A stretch of 64,000 bases of DNA from Candidatus Multivoradales bacterium (GTDB lineage Bacteria > Acidobacteriota > Thermoanaerobaculia > Multivoradales > JAHEKO01). The notes beneath the pieces are model-generated. The model made no database searches. It was not told the DNA's origin and saw nothing but the letters and a program-made list of their open reading frames with translations. Within the stretch, counting starts at the first letter, position 1. Each line of letters opens with the position of its first letter. A program made the position numbers and the translations under genes. Location of the stretch: NCBI GenBank assembly GCA_965223855.1, contig CBDCXM010000009.1:416001-480000 (forward strand). Direction: 5' to 3'. This document shows, piece after piece, positions 9,980-18,631 of this stretch.

Positions 9980-10017
9980 TTGACTTCGTGTCGTCTTCAC
10001 ACTTAAGCTTAGTGTGA
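9980..10017 (+). promoter_or_regulatory. Sigma70-like promoter (TTGACT-N18-TAAGCT) overlapped by palindrome TCACACT-N7-AGTGTGA
   Basis: -35 at 9980-9985, -10 at 10004-10009, perfect 7-bp inverted repeat 9997-10017. Confidence 0.6.
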
Positions 10018-10111
10018 TCGAGACACGAAGAGAGGAGGCCGCCGATGCCATCGCCGGACACCGAGTTCTGACCGCTTGTCATCCCATCGACTTCAGGACA
10101 GGAGACGACTC

Positions 10112-10348
10112 ATGAACACCCACCACGGTGAAGCCACTTCCAACGCTCGCGAGCGCAGCCGGCGCGCGACCGATACCGCAGCCCTTCGGCGGGCGGAGCG
10201 GACCGACGATCGACTCAAGGCCGAGAGGCTGCAGCTCGCCCGCCGCATCGAGCGTCGGCGCGAGCGGGTCTGCGGTCCAGTCAGTGGAGCGGGAAGCTCG
10301 GCGACGAGCGGCCCGATCGAGGGCCGCCATCCCACGGACTCCGACTAG
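10112..10348 (+). CDS. Small Arg-rich hypothetical protein (78 aa)
   Basis: AGGAGA RBS, ATG, upstream promoter, downstream hairpin. Confidence 0.55.
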   Translation: MNTHHGEATSNARERSRRATDTAALRRAERTDDRLKAERLQLARRIERRRERVCGPVSGAGSSATSGPIEGRHPTDSD

Positions 10349-10355
10349 AGCTTCG

Positions 10356-10397
10356 GGTCGGGGTCGCTGCGGCCAACCGCCACCCGCGGCCCCGACC
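10356..10397. terminator. GC-rich hairpin between convergent genes
   Basis: GGTCGGGGTCGC ... GCGGCCCCGACC stem; no U-tract. Confidence 0.4.
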
Positions 10398-10407
10398 AAC
10401 TCCCCCC

Positions 10408-12195
10408 TCACCCACCGGCACTTCCCCCGGTCGGCTCGCGCAACTGCTCGACGATCTCCTGCAGGTGCGACGGCGGGGCCGGGGTCAGACGGCTGACGAG
10501 GACGGTCACCGCCAGATTCACCAGCATGCCGACGATTCCGATCCCTTCGGGACTGATGCCGAAGAGCCAGTTCCCGGCGACGTTGAGCTCCGGCGCGACG
10601 AACTTGAAGTAGAGGATGTAGCCGGCGGTGAAGCCGATGCCGGAGAGCATGCCGGCGATCGCCCCCTGGCGGGTCGTCCGCCGGTCGAAGATGCCGAGCA
10701 GGATCACCGGGAAGAAGCTCGAGGCGGCGAGGCCGAAGGCGAAGGCGACCACCTGGGCGACGAACCCGGGGGGCCGGATGCCGAAGTAGCCCGCCACCAC
10801 CACCGCGGCGCAGGCGGCCACCCGCGCCCAGCGCAGCTCCTCGCGCTCGCTCATCTGCGGGCGCAGGATGCGTTTCACCAGGTCGTGCGACACCGCCGAC
10901 GAGATCACCAGCAGCAACCCCGCTGCGGTCGAGAGCGCCGCGGCGAGCCCTCCCGCCGCCACCAGGCCGACCACCCAGGCGGGCAGGTTGGCGATCTCCG
11001 GATTGGCGAGCACCATGATGTCGCGGTCGACGTAGAGCTCGTTGGCGTTCGAGCTCGGCGCGTTGTCCAACCGGCGGGGCCCCGGCCCGGTGTCCTCCGC
11101 GTCGACGAAGGTCGGCTTGCCGTCGAACGGCGCCCCCGGCCGATACTGAATCCGCCCGTCGCCGTTCTTGTCCATCCACGCCAGGAGCCCAGTCTGCTCC
11201 CAGTTGCGGAACCACGGCGGCGCCTCTTCGTAGGCGGTCCCTTCGAGAGTCTGGATGAGATTGGCGCGGGCGAACGTCGCCACCGCCGGCGCGGTCGTGT
11301 AGAGCACGGCGATGAAGGCGAGCGCCCAGAATGCGCTCCAGCGCGCCGCCCGCACCGTCGGCACGGTGTAGAAGCGGACGATCACGTGCGGCAGTCCCGC
11401 CGTACCGGTCATCAGAGCGAGGGTGATCGCCAGCACGTCGATCATCGACTTCTTGCCGGCGACGAAGGCCGCCGTGTACTCGGGAAAGCCGAGGTCGCGA
11501 TGGATCGCGTCGATCGCCTCGAGCAGGTAGCGCCCCGCGTTCGGTCCCTCGACGACCGCCGAGCCGAGGCCGAGCTGAGGGATCGGATTGCCGGTGATTC
11601 GAATCGAAATCGCCACCGCCGGGATGAGATAGGCGACGATCAGCACCCCGTTCTGCGCCACCTGGGTGTAGGTGATGCCGCGCATCCCGCCGAGGGTGGC
11701 GTAGACCAGCACCAACAACGTGCCGATCACCACGCCGGTCGTGATGTCGACGCCGAGGAAGCGGGAGAACACGACGCCGACCCCGCGCATCTGGCCGGCG
11801 ATGTAGGTAAAGGAGACGAAGATGGCGCAGAACACCGCCACCAGCCGCGCACCGCTCGAGTCGTAGCGGTCGCCGACGAAGTCCGGCACCGTGAACTTGC
11901 CGAACCGTCTGAGGTACGGCGCCAGCAGCAGCGCCAGCAGTACGTAGCCTCCGGTCCAGCCGAGCAGGTAGACCGAGCCGGTGTAGCCCATGAAGGAGAT
12001 CAGCCCCGCCATCGAGATGAACGACGCCGCGCTCATCCAGTCGGCACCGGTCGCCATACCGTTGAGGACCGGCGGCACATGGTGCCCGGCGACGTAGAAG
12101 CCCGAAGTGGTGCTGACCCGGCTCCAGATGCCGATGCCGATGTAGGTGCCGAAGGTGAGGAGCACCCAGAAGTAGGTCCAGCCGAGGAGACTCAC
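10408..12195 (-). CDS. Sodium:solute symporter, ActP-like (VC_2705-type)
   Basis: NGMATGADWMSAASFISMAG, GTAGLPHVIVRFYT, AAALSTAAGLLL motifs; ~13 TM. Confidence 0.93.
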   Translation of the reverse strand: MSLLGWTYFWVLLTFGTYIGIGIWSRVSTTSGFYVAGHHVPPVLNGMATGADWMSAASFISMAGLISFMGYTGSVYLLGWTGGYVLLALLLAPYLRRFGKFTVPDFVGDRYDSSGARLVAVFCAIFVSFTYIAGQMRGVGVVFSRFLGVDITTGVVIGTLLVLVYATLGGMRGITYTQVAQNGVLIVAYLIPAVAISIRITGNPIPQLGLGSAVVEGPNAGRYLLEAIDAIHRDLGFPEYTAAFVAGKKSMIDVLAITLALMTGTAGLPHVIVRFYTVPTVRAARWSAFWALAFIAVLYTTAPAVATFARANLIQTLEGTAYEEAPPWFRNWEQTGLLAWMDKNGDGRIQYRPGAPFDGKPTFVDAEDTGPGPRRLDNAPSSNANELYVDRDIMVLANPEIANLPAWVVGLVAAGGLAAALSTAAGLLLVISSAVSHDLVKRILRPQMSEREELRWARVAACAAVVVAGYFGIRPPGFVAQVVAFAFGLAASSFFPVILLGIFDRRTTRQGAIAGMLSGIGFTAGYILYFKFVAPELNVAGNWLFGISPEGIGIVGMLVNLAVTVLVSRLTPAPPSHLQEIVEQLREPTGGSAGG

Positions 12196-12539
12196 GCCGG
12201 CCCCTCGTCCGTAGCGGCCCCGGAATCGCCGGCGCTCGCCACCTCTTCTTCCTCAGTCGGAGCGAACCGGCGCTCGAGACGCTCCATCCAGCGCGCGTAG
12301 ACGAAGATCAGAAGGACGAAGACGTAGATCGCACCCTGCTGCGCGAACCAGAAGCCGAGCGGATAGCCGCCGAGGCGGAACCGGTTGAGCGGCTCGACGA
12401 AGACGATCGACGCCAGCACACCGACCAGCAGCCAGACCGTCAGCAGGATCGCAATCGCCCGCAGGTTGGCGCGCCAGAAGGCGCGCGCACCGACCGCTCG
12501 GTCGTGCGCCGCCTCGTTCGTAGCTCGATGCTCGGTCAC
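12192..12539 (-). CDS. Solute:sodium symporter small subunit (DUF4212)
   Basis: FWRANL...LGGYPLGFWFAQQGAI motif; overlaps symporter start. Confidence 0.9.
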   Translation of the reverse strand: MTEHRATNEAAHDRAVGARAFWRANLRAIAILLTVWLLVGVLASIVFVEPLNRFRLGGYPLGFWFAQQGAIYVFVLLIFVYARWMERLERRFAPTEEEEVASAGDSGAATDEGPA

Positions 12540-12599
12540 GGTAGCCGGGCGATGCTACCGGAGCCCCGGTTCCGCCAGAGCCCTGGAAGAGCTGTACTT

Positions 12600-12710
12600 C
12601 TAGAAGAAGAGTGACAGCACGCCGAGAATCGCCAGACCGATCAGCAGCATGAAGCAGCCACAGCCGCAACCGCACAAACCACCGCATCCACCGTCGTCGC
12701 CCCAGATCAT
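12600..12710 (-). CDS. Unannotated 36-aa Cys/Gly-rich membrane peptide
   Basis: MIWGDDGGCGGLCGCGCGCFMLLIGLAILGVLSLFF*; purine-rich AGGTAGAGG upstream; fills intergenic gap. Confidence 0.6.
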   Translation of the reverse strand: MIWGDDGGCGGLCGCGCGCFMLLIGLAILGVLSLFF

Positions 12711-12775
12711 GCCTCTACCTACGCAGGAACCGGCGGAAGGATTCCACCTACGCGCATGCTAGCGTCCCTCGCCCG

Positions 12776-14350
12776 ATGCCTCTTCCAACCGCCACACCGG
12801 CTGCCAGTGCCGCCGAGCGCCGTGCGGCACTGTTGTTCGGCACCGCCCTGGCCGCCTGGGTCGCGCAACGCGTCGCGACCGTGTGGCCGTTCTCGACCGA
12901 CGACGCCTACATCACCTTGCGCTACGCCCGTCACTGGGCGAGCGGCCAGGGCCTGCTGTGGAACGTCGGCGAGGCCCCGGTCGAGGGCTACTCCAACTTT
13001 CTCTCGCTGACCCTGGCGACCGCGAGCCTTCGCCTCGGCATCGACCCCTTGCTCACGCTCAAGAGCCTCGGCGTCCTCTCTCTCTTCGTCGCCGGCGCCC
13101 TCCTGTGGCGGCAAGCGCGTCGCTGGGCCGGGCCGCTCGGCGCGCTGGCGGCGCCGGCCGCCCTGTCGGCCCTCACCGGCACAGTCTGGTGGAGCGTCAG
13201 CGGCCTCGAGACCACCCTCTACCTGGCGCTCGCCCTGCTGGCGATCACCTTCTTCCAGGCCGGTTGGGAGCCGACATGGAGGCAGAACGGGGAGCCGAAG
13301 CGCGGGCCGCTGATCGCCGCCGCCCTCTGCGCGCTGCTCGTCGCACTCACCCGCCCCGAGGGGCTGCTGATCGGCGGCGTGCTCGGCCTCTTTGCCCTCG
13401 TCACCCTGCGAAAGGCGAACCTCCAGGAAAGCGCCGACCGGCGGCGGCTGGCGGCGCTCGCTCTCTTCGCCGCCGTGGTGCTCGTGCCGTTCGCGCTCTA
13501 CACCGCATGGCGCCTCTCCTACTACGGGCGTCTGTTCCCCAATCCGGTCTACTGCAAGGTGAGCGGAGCGTTCGCGGACCGGACGCTGCTGCGCGACTAT
13601 CTCGGCGCTGCGTGGCCGCTCCTCGTGGCCGCCCTGCCGGCGCTTGTGCCCCGGCGCTTCGACCCCCGCCTGCTCCCCTACCTCATGATCGCCGCGCTCT
13701 ACGGCCTCCTGCTCCGCAACGCCGACCCGGTGATCGCCTACCACCATCGCCACACGCTGCTCGCCCTCGCCCTGCTCGCCGTCGTCGCCGCCGCTGGACT
13801 CGCCTCGCTGTCGCGTGTCGCGAGCGCTCGAAGTTCCCTCGATCGGCGGCTCCTCGATGCAGCCGCGGGCGTCGGAGTGTTTCTCATCGCCGTCTTCGCG
13901 GCGCGTCCGATCGCGGAGCTGGAGGCCGACACCGACCGCTACGTCGATCGGATGCGGGCGCGCTCCGAGGTGGCGGCGTTCCTCGACACCCACCTGCCGC
14001 CCGATGAGGTCTACGCGACCCCCGACGCCGGACTCATCCCCTACCGCACCCCCCACCCGGTGATCGACGCCATGTGCCTCAACTGCCGCGAGGCCACCGA
14101 GCCGCCGATCTCCCTCGACCCCTACCGCTACGGCGCCTGGCTCGTCGCCCGCAATCCCCGCTTTCTCGTCTCCGTTGTCGACGACCGGCACCGCGTCCGG
14201 ACCGGCTGGGCGATCGGCGCCCTCAGCCTGACGCCCCAGTTCCCGCTGGCCTACCGCGAAGTCGCGTTCTTCGAGACGACGACGCCCAATCTCCATTTCG
14301 CGGTGTTCGAGCGCCGGCCGGACTGGCCTCCCGCGAAAGAGGGCAGCTAG
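12776..14350 (+). CDS. GT-C-fold membrane glycosyltransferase (AftB/ArnT-like)
   Basis: DDAYITLRYA...GLLWNVGE.PVEGYSN loop, SGLET, LTRPEG motifs, many TM. Confidence 0.75.
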   Translation: MPLPTATPAASAAERRAALLFGTALAAWVAQRVATVWPFSTDDAYITLRYARHWASGQGLLWNVGEAPVEGYSNFLSLTLATASLRLGIDPLLTLKSLGVLSLFVAGALLWRQARRWAGPLGALAAPAALSALTGTVWWSVSGLETTLYLALALLAITFFQAGWEPTWRQNGEPKRGPLIAAALCALLVALTRPEGLLIGGVLGLFALVTLRKANLQESADRRRLAALALFAAVVLVPFALYTAWRLSYYGRLFPNPVYCKVSGAFADRTLLRDYLGAAWPLLVAALPALVPRRFDPRLLPYLMIAALYGLLLRNADPVIAYHHRHTLLALALLAVVAAAGLASLSRVASARSSLDRRLLDAAAGVGVFLIAVFAARPIAELEADTDRYVDRMRARSEVAAFLDTHLPPDEVYATPDAGLIPYRTPHPVIDAMCLNCREATEPPISLDPYRYGAWLVARNPRFLVSVVDDRHRVRTGWAIGALSLTPQFPLAYREVAFFETTTPNLHFAVFERRPDWPPAKEGS

Positions 14351-15306
14351 CCCGACTCGGCGCTGTCGGTGGGGGCCGCTGGTTCCTGCTTCACCGGCTC
14401 GAGCGTCCGCAGATACTCGTAGATCGCCGCCAGGTCCTCGTCCGTCATACCGGCGTAGCGCGACCAGGGCATGACGGTGTTGATCCTGTCGCCCGGGATG
14501 CGACTGCCCTCGGGCGGGGCGAAGGAGCGGAAGACGCCGATGAAGTTCTCCTGCGACCAGGCGCCGATGCGGTTCGACGGATGGGGAGTGAGGTTCTCGG
14601 AGAGCACCCGTTCCTCCGTGCCCCGCTCTTCCGTGCCGGGAATGCGGAAGCTGCGGCCGCCGCTGTAGTCCGCTCGATGGCAGAAGCTGCATTCGGCGAC
14701 GCCGGCGAGGTAGCGGCCGTACGCCACCCGATCGGTCGGGTCCACCGGCTCGGGAGCCTCGTACGGCTTCGGCAGCAGGCGGGCGAGGAGACGGAAGGCG
14801 AAACCCTCCTCCGGCTTCGGCGGTGTGTGCTCGATCGCCGGCATCACCCGGAGATAGGCGACGATGGCGGCGACGTCGGCCGGCGCGAGGCGGGCGTAGC
14901 TGTCGTAGGGCATGAACGGGTGGAGCGCCCTGCCGTCGCGGCCCACCCCGGCGGTGATCGCGCGCGCGATCTCGCCGTCGCTCCATTCACCGAGCGCCGC
15001 CGGGGTGATGTTGGCCGACCAGGTCTCCGGCCGCAGCACCCGCAGCGGCGCCCCCTTGCCCTCGGTGCCGGGCACCACCGGACCGCCGTAGAAGTCCCAG
15101 TTGCGCTCGGAATGGCAGTCGAGGCAGTTCGCCACGTTCTCGACCAGGTAGCGCCCTCGCTCGACATCGCCTCTCGGGAGGCGGTCGGCGACCTCCTCGG
15201 CCGGGCTGACGCGAGGGAAGAAGAGCAGGGCCGCCCCCAGCGCGAGGCCGACGACCGCGGTGAACGCCAGCACCAGCACCTTCAGGACCGACAGCAGCTT
15301 TCGCAC
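14347..15306 (-). CDS. Membrane-anchored diheme cytochrome c
   Basis: GAGGAG RBS + GTG; ERGRYL..CLDCH and YGRYL..CSFCH, NITP/NLTP, MPY/MPW axial Met motifs. Confidence 0.9.
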   Translation of the reverse strand: MRKLLSVLKVLVLAFTAVVGLALGAALLFFPRVSPAEEVADRLPRGDVERGRYLVENVANCLDCHSERNWDFYGGPVVPGTEGKGAPLRVLRPETWSANITPAALGEWSDGEIARAITAGVGRDGRALHPFMPYDSYARLAPADVAAIVAYLRVMPAIEHTPPKPEEGFAFRLLARLLPKPYEAPEPVDPTDRVAYGRYLAGVAECSFCHRADYSGGRSFRIPGTEERGTEERVLSENLTPHPSNRIGAWSQENFIGVFRSFAPPEGSRIPGDRINTVMPWSRYAGMTDEDLAAIYEYLRTLEPVKQEPAAPTDSAESG

Positions 15307-15388
15307 GGCGGGACTCCTCGTCGAAACGGCTCCGGGGGACTCCGGGCCGAGCGGCGAAGCTAGCGAGGTCCGTCGCGGATGTCCTGAA

Positions 15389-16786
15389 TCAGTTCTTAAG
15401 CGTGCCGATCGCCGCTTTCCGGTGGCGGCGCGGCTCGTCGCGCATCGCCACCAGCAGCTCGTCCGGTCCGGCATGGCCGGCCAGCCACAACCCCGCCACG
15501 GAGGTTGCGACCCGCGGCACGAGGGGCGAGCCGGTGCCGAGGTCGGCTGCAGCCACCGAACGGACTTCGTCGTCGACCAGGTAGTGCAGTCGATCGCCGT
15601 CGATCGACCAGAACGGGTAGCTGCCGCGGCTGGTGGAGACCCTCGCCGGAGCGCCACCCGTCGCGAGATCGACGACGTAGACCTCCGGATCGCCGTCGAT
15701 GTCGGACACGAAGGCGACCCTGCGACCGTCGGGCGAGAGCGCACCGAACGCCTCGTGGCGGTGGGTTCGCACGATCGGCGTCGGCAGCCAGCTCCCGTCG
15801 GCCAGCCGCCGCAGCCGCCACAGATCGAAGCCGGTCTCGGGGTGATGCTCCGAATAGACGAGGGTCGCACCGTCGCGTGACCACGACTCCGGGTACTGAT
15901 CGAAAGGCGCATCGAGCAGCAGCTGCGAGGGCCCGCCCGGCTCGACGGCCCTCAGGACGAGATCGAAGGAGTCGCCCCGGCGCTGGGCCATGGCGAGCCT
16001 CGACCCTCCGGGCTGCCAGACGGGATCGGAGAACGAGCCTCCGGTCGCGATCCGATCGAGCCGGCCCGTGCGGGGCTCGGCGACCCAGACGTCCGACCGG
16101 CCGCCCTCGGTCATCGAGAATGCCATCCGGCCGCTGAGCGGATCGATCGAGAGATCGTTGAGAGGCAGCGACGGAATACGGAAGGTCTCGTGCTCCGGGC
16201 CGCCGAGAGAAACCGTCGCCAGCCGATAACGCGGCCGCTCCTTCGGCTCCGGTACCGCGGCTTCGGGAGTCCGGGTATCGGAATCGGTCGACATGTCGAG
16301 CGCCGGCGCCGCCGCGACCCCAACTCCGGCCCTTGCCCCAGCGGGATCTCCATCGCGAAGCGAGGTCGCTCCCCAGGCGAACAGAATCAGAGTCAACGAG
16401 GCCGCCAGGGGCAGTCGCCACGGAAGGCGCCGGCGAGCGGTCGACGAACGAGGCCTACAGACGGGAGCGACGAAGCGATATCCCCTGCGATGAACGGTCT
16501 CGATGTAGGTCGGTTGTCGCGCGTCGTCGTCGAGCTCCTGCCGCAACCGGCTCACCGCCTCCGACAGGGAACCGTCCGAGACGAAGGCGCCCTGCCAGAT
16601 GTCGTCGACCAGACGGTCGCGCGACACCGTCTCCCCCGGGCATTGCAGCAGCCCTTCGAGCAGGCGGATCGAACGATCCGGCAGCTCGATCGCCGTCCCA
16701 TCGCGCGAAAGCACCCGCTCTCCCCGGTCGAATCGGAACGGCCCGAACGCGACGGGATCCTCGGGAGGGGCGGAGTGCGCGGACAT
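15389..16786 (-). CDS. CadC/ToxR-like winged-helix regulator with TM helix and TolB/PD40 beta-propeller
   Basis: FGPFRFD...YIETVHRRGYRF; TM; WSRDG/LSPDG repeats; start uncertain (16786 or 16837). Confidence 0.85.
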   Translation of the reverse strand: MSAHSAPPEDPVAFGPFRFDRGERVLSRDGTAIELPDRSIRLLEGLLQCPGETVSRDRLVDDIWQGAFVSDGSLSEAVSRLRQELDDDARQPTYIETVHRRGYRFVAPVCRPRSSTARRRLPWRLPLAASLTLILFAWGATSLRDGDPAGARAGVGVAAAPALDMSTDSDTRTPEAAVPEPKERPRYRLATVSLGGPEHETFRIPSLPLNDLSIDPLSGRMAFSMTEGGRSDVWVAEPRTGRLDRIATGGSFSDPVWQPGGSRLAMAQRRGDSFDLVLRAVEPGGPSQLLLDAPFDQYPESWSRDGATLVYSEHHPETGFDLWRLRRLADGSWLPTPIVRTHRHEAFGALSPDGRRVAFVSDIDGDPEVYVVDLATGGAPARVSTSRGSYPFWSIDGDRLHYLVDDEVRSVAAADLGTGSPLVPRVATSVAGLWLAGHAGPDELLVAMRDEPRRHRKAAIGTLKN

Positions 16787-16840
16787 CGGTATCGGTGGTA
16801 CGAAGAAGAGAAGAGCGGAGTTGCCCGATCTCCGCACCGA

Positions 16841-17203
16841 TCAGCCGCGCTTGCGTGCCACCGCCTCGGTCATCACCTTGCGGAGGCTCTCCAGTGGCAG
16901 CTCGTCTCCCGGCGCGAAGCGCAGCACGCACTTGCTCTGCGGGATACCCGCCAGCTCGTCCGCGAACTCTGCCAGAAGGCCGAGAGTCAGCACGTAGAGG
17001 TTGACCTGCTTCTTATTGGCCGAGAGGGCGAACAGGCTGCCGTCGAGATCGTAGGCGATCGTTCCCCACTTGACGGAGACCTCGGCCTCCGGAACCAGCT
17101 CTTCGATCAGACCCTTGAGGGCACCGAAGTGGGGCCGGTGAGCCTCCGCGAGGGAGCCCTCCAGCTCGGCAATCTCGCTTGCGACGTCGGCATCCATCTT
17201 CAC
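16841..17203 (-). CDS. DUF1801 (YdhG-like) protein
   Basis: LIEELVPEAEVSVKWGTIAY...SKCVLRF pattern. Confidence 0.75.
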   Translation of the reverse strand: MKMDADVASEIAELEGSLAEAHRPHFGALKGLIEELVPEAEVSVKWGTIAYDLDGSLFALSANKKQVNLYVLTLGLLAEFADELAGIPQSKCVLRFAPGDELPLESLRKVMTEAVARKRG

Positions 17204-17352
17204 GATCCCTCTCGACGCTCCCGGCGGAGCGCCCTCACTCTCTCAAGCTCTCGATCGCTCGCCTTCCTCGTCTCCGAGCGAAGCTGACCCGGTCGGTCGG
17301 CGCGCAGCCGACCGCGAGGACTGGTCCTCAGCTCAGCGACAGCCGACTCGAC

Positions 17353-17991
17353 TCAGTCGACGTCGAACTCCATCAGCTCCACCGGCACGACCACGGTGCC
17401 CGAAACCCGCACCATGGCGTTCTGGCCGGCGACATTGTTGAATGGCGATCCGAAGGCATTCGCCGCCGTCACCGCATGGAAGCCCTGGCCGTTGGTCGAA
17501 GCGCTCCGCATCCCGACCGCGTCGGCCGACGAGACGTAGTTGCTCGACGCCAGCACGATCCCCATGAAGACCGACGGCACCGGTGCCGCCAGAGCGAAGG
17601 TGTTGAACTGATAGGGGACCTGACTTCCGGCGTACGCGACGCCGTAGATGCCGGTATTGGCCGTGTTGAGGATCGCCAGCACCGGGAAGGTGGCATCCTG
17701 CCCGCCCCAGTAGGCGGCGATTGCCGTGACGGTGCCCGGAGACAGCGGCGCGCCGCTGCGGCTGTCGAAGCGGTTGCCGATCAGCAGAGCCGGTCCCGGC
17801 AGCAGCGAGTCCGCGGGCGTGCCGGGGTCGTACTGGACGGTGCCGGTGCCGAGCTTCTTGGTGTCGCTCGCCTGGCCCGAGCCGTCGCGGCCGACCCAGC
17901 CCTGCCCCTCGGCCGGAGCCGCGAGATGGAACGAGGTGACGAGCAGCGCACACAGGAAGACGATCGACTTCATTGCCGGAAAAGCTCTCAT
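17353..17991 (-). CDS. Secreted hypothetical protein ending in VPVELMEFDVD
   Basis: AAGGAG RBS, signal peptide, beta-rich body. Confidence 0.8.
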   Translation of the reverse strand: MRAFPAMKSIVFLCALLVTSFHLAAPAEGQGWVGRDGSGQASDTKKLGTGTVQYDPGTPADSLLPGPALLIGNRFDSRSGAPLSPGTVTAIAAYWGGQDATFPVLAILNTANTGIYGVAYAGSQVPYQFNTFALAAPVPSVFMGIVLASSNYVSSADAVGMRSASTNGQGFHAVTAANAFGSPFNNVAGQNAMVRVSGTVVVPVELMEFDVD

Positions 17992-18057
17992 GGGGTTCTC
18001 CTTCCAGACGGCCCTGCCCGCATGACACCGGTCCCGGCAGCGGCTCACTCTCGTAAG

Positions 18058-18072
18058 TGTTGATCTTCAACA
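18058..18072. promoter_or_regulatory. Putative operator TGTTGA-TCT-TCAACA
   Basis: Perfect 6-bp inverted repeat in AT-rich patch ~70 bp upstream of the 17991 start. Confidence 0.4.
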
Positions 18073-18152
18073 TCTTATCAGCTCCGCGACCGCTGCCTCC
18101 GATCCGAAGGCCTGGAGACGCCGATCTCCCAGCTCATGAGGACGAGGCGTGC

Positions 18153-18497
18153 CTACCCACGTCGTGCAGTCGGGCGGCGCAGCACATAGACCCACGCCCG
18201 CAGCCGGGAGCCGTCGTCGAGGGTGACCTCGGCTGTGACCCGTTCGTACTCGGCGCCTTCGAAAGCGTCGAGATCCGACCACCGCGAAGCGAGCCCCGAA
18301 GAGGCCAGGACACGGCCGTGGACGCGCTCTCCCTCCGGGTCGAGAGTCAGGGCCGGGTAGCCCAGTACCGCCCCCCAGCCGGCCTCGCGGAGTCGCCCGC
18401 GCACCCACCCCCGCCGCCACTCACCTTCGAGATCGGCGAGCTGGTCGGCGTTCGAGCCACCGGGCTGGAGCGAGCCGTAGACGAAGAGCTGTTCCAT
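18153..18497 (-). CDS. Gamma-glutamylcyclotransferase (AIG2-like)
   Basis: LFVYGSLQPG, GYPAL, LDAFEG.EYER, AWVY motifs. Confidence 0.9.
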   Translation of the reverse strand: MEQLFVYGSLQPGGSNADQLADLEGEWRRGWVRGRLREAGWGAVLGYPALTLDPEGERVHGRVLASSGLASRWSDLDAFEGAEYERVTAEVTLDDGSRLRAWVYVLRRPTARRG

Positions 18498-18631
18498 CAG
18501 CGAGCCTATTGTGTCGTGGCACCGCCACGCGCGGGCAGTAACATCAGCGGCCGGTCCAGGGACCATCTCCATGCGCGGCGACTCTCTCCGCGTGGCCGCC
18601 AGGGCGGCAACAGGGCAAACAAGGAGGATCG

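Noticed and set aside
11150-11176. EF-hand-like DKNGDGRI in the symporter
   Set aside because: Expected feature of this symporter subfamily's soluble loop as I recall it; not novel
10465-12300. 611-aa antisense ORF and similar shadows (2286-4013, 12719-14986, 29514-31868, 34729-36852, 41076-43025, 47503-49752)
   Set aside because: Overlap well-supported genes on the other strand; low-complexity R/G/A/V composition
14608-14637. 15-bp tandem duplication (GTEER GTEER) in the cytochrome c
   Set aside because: In-frame loop duplication, no evident functional meaning
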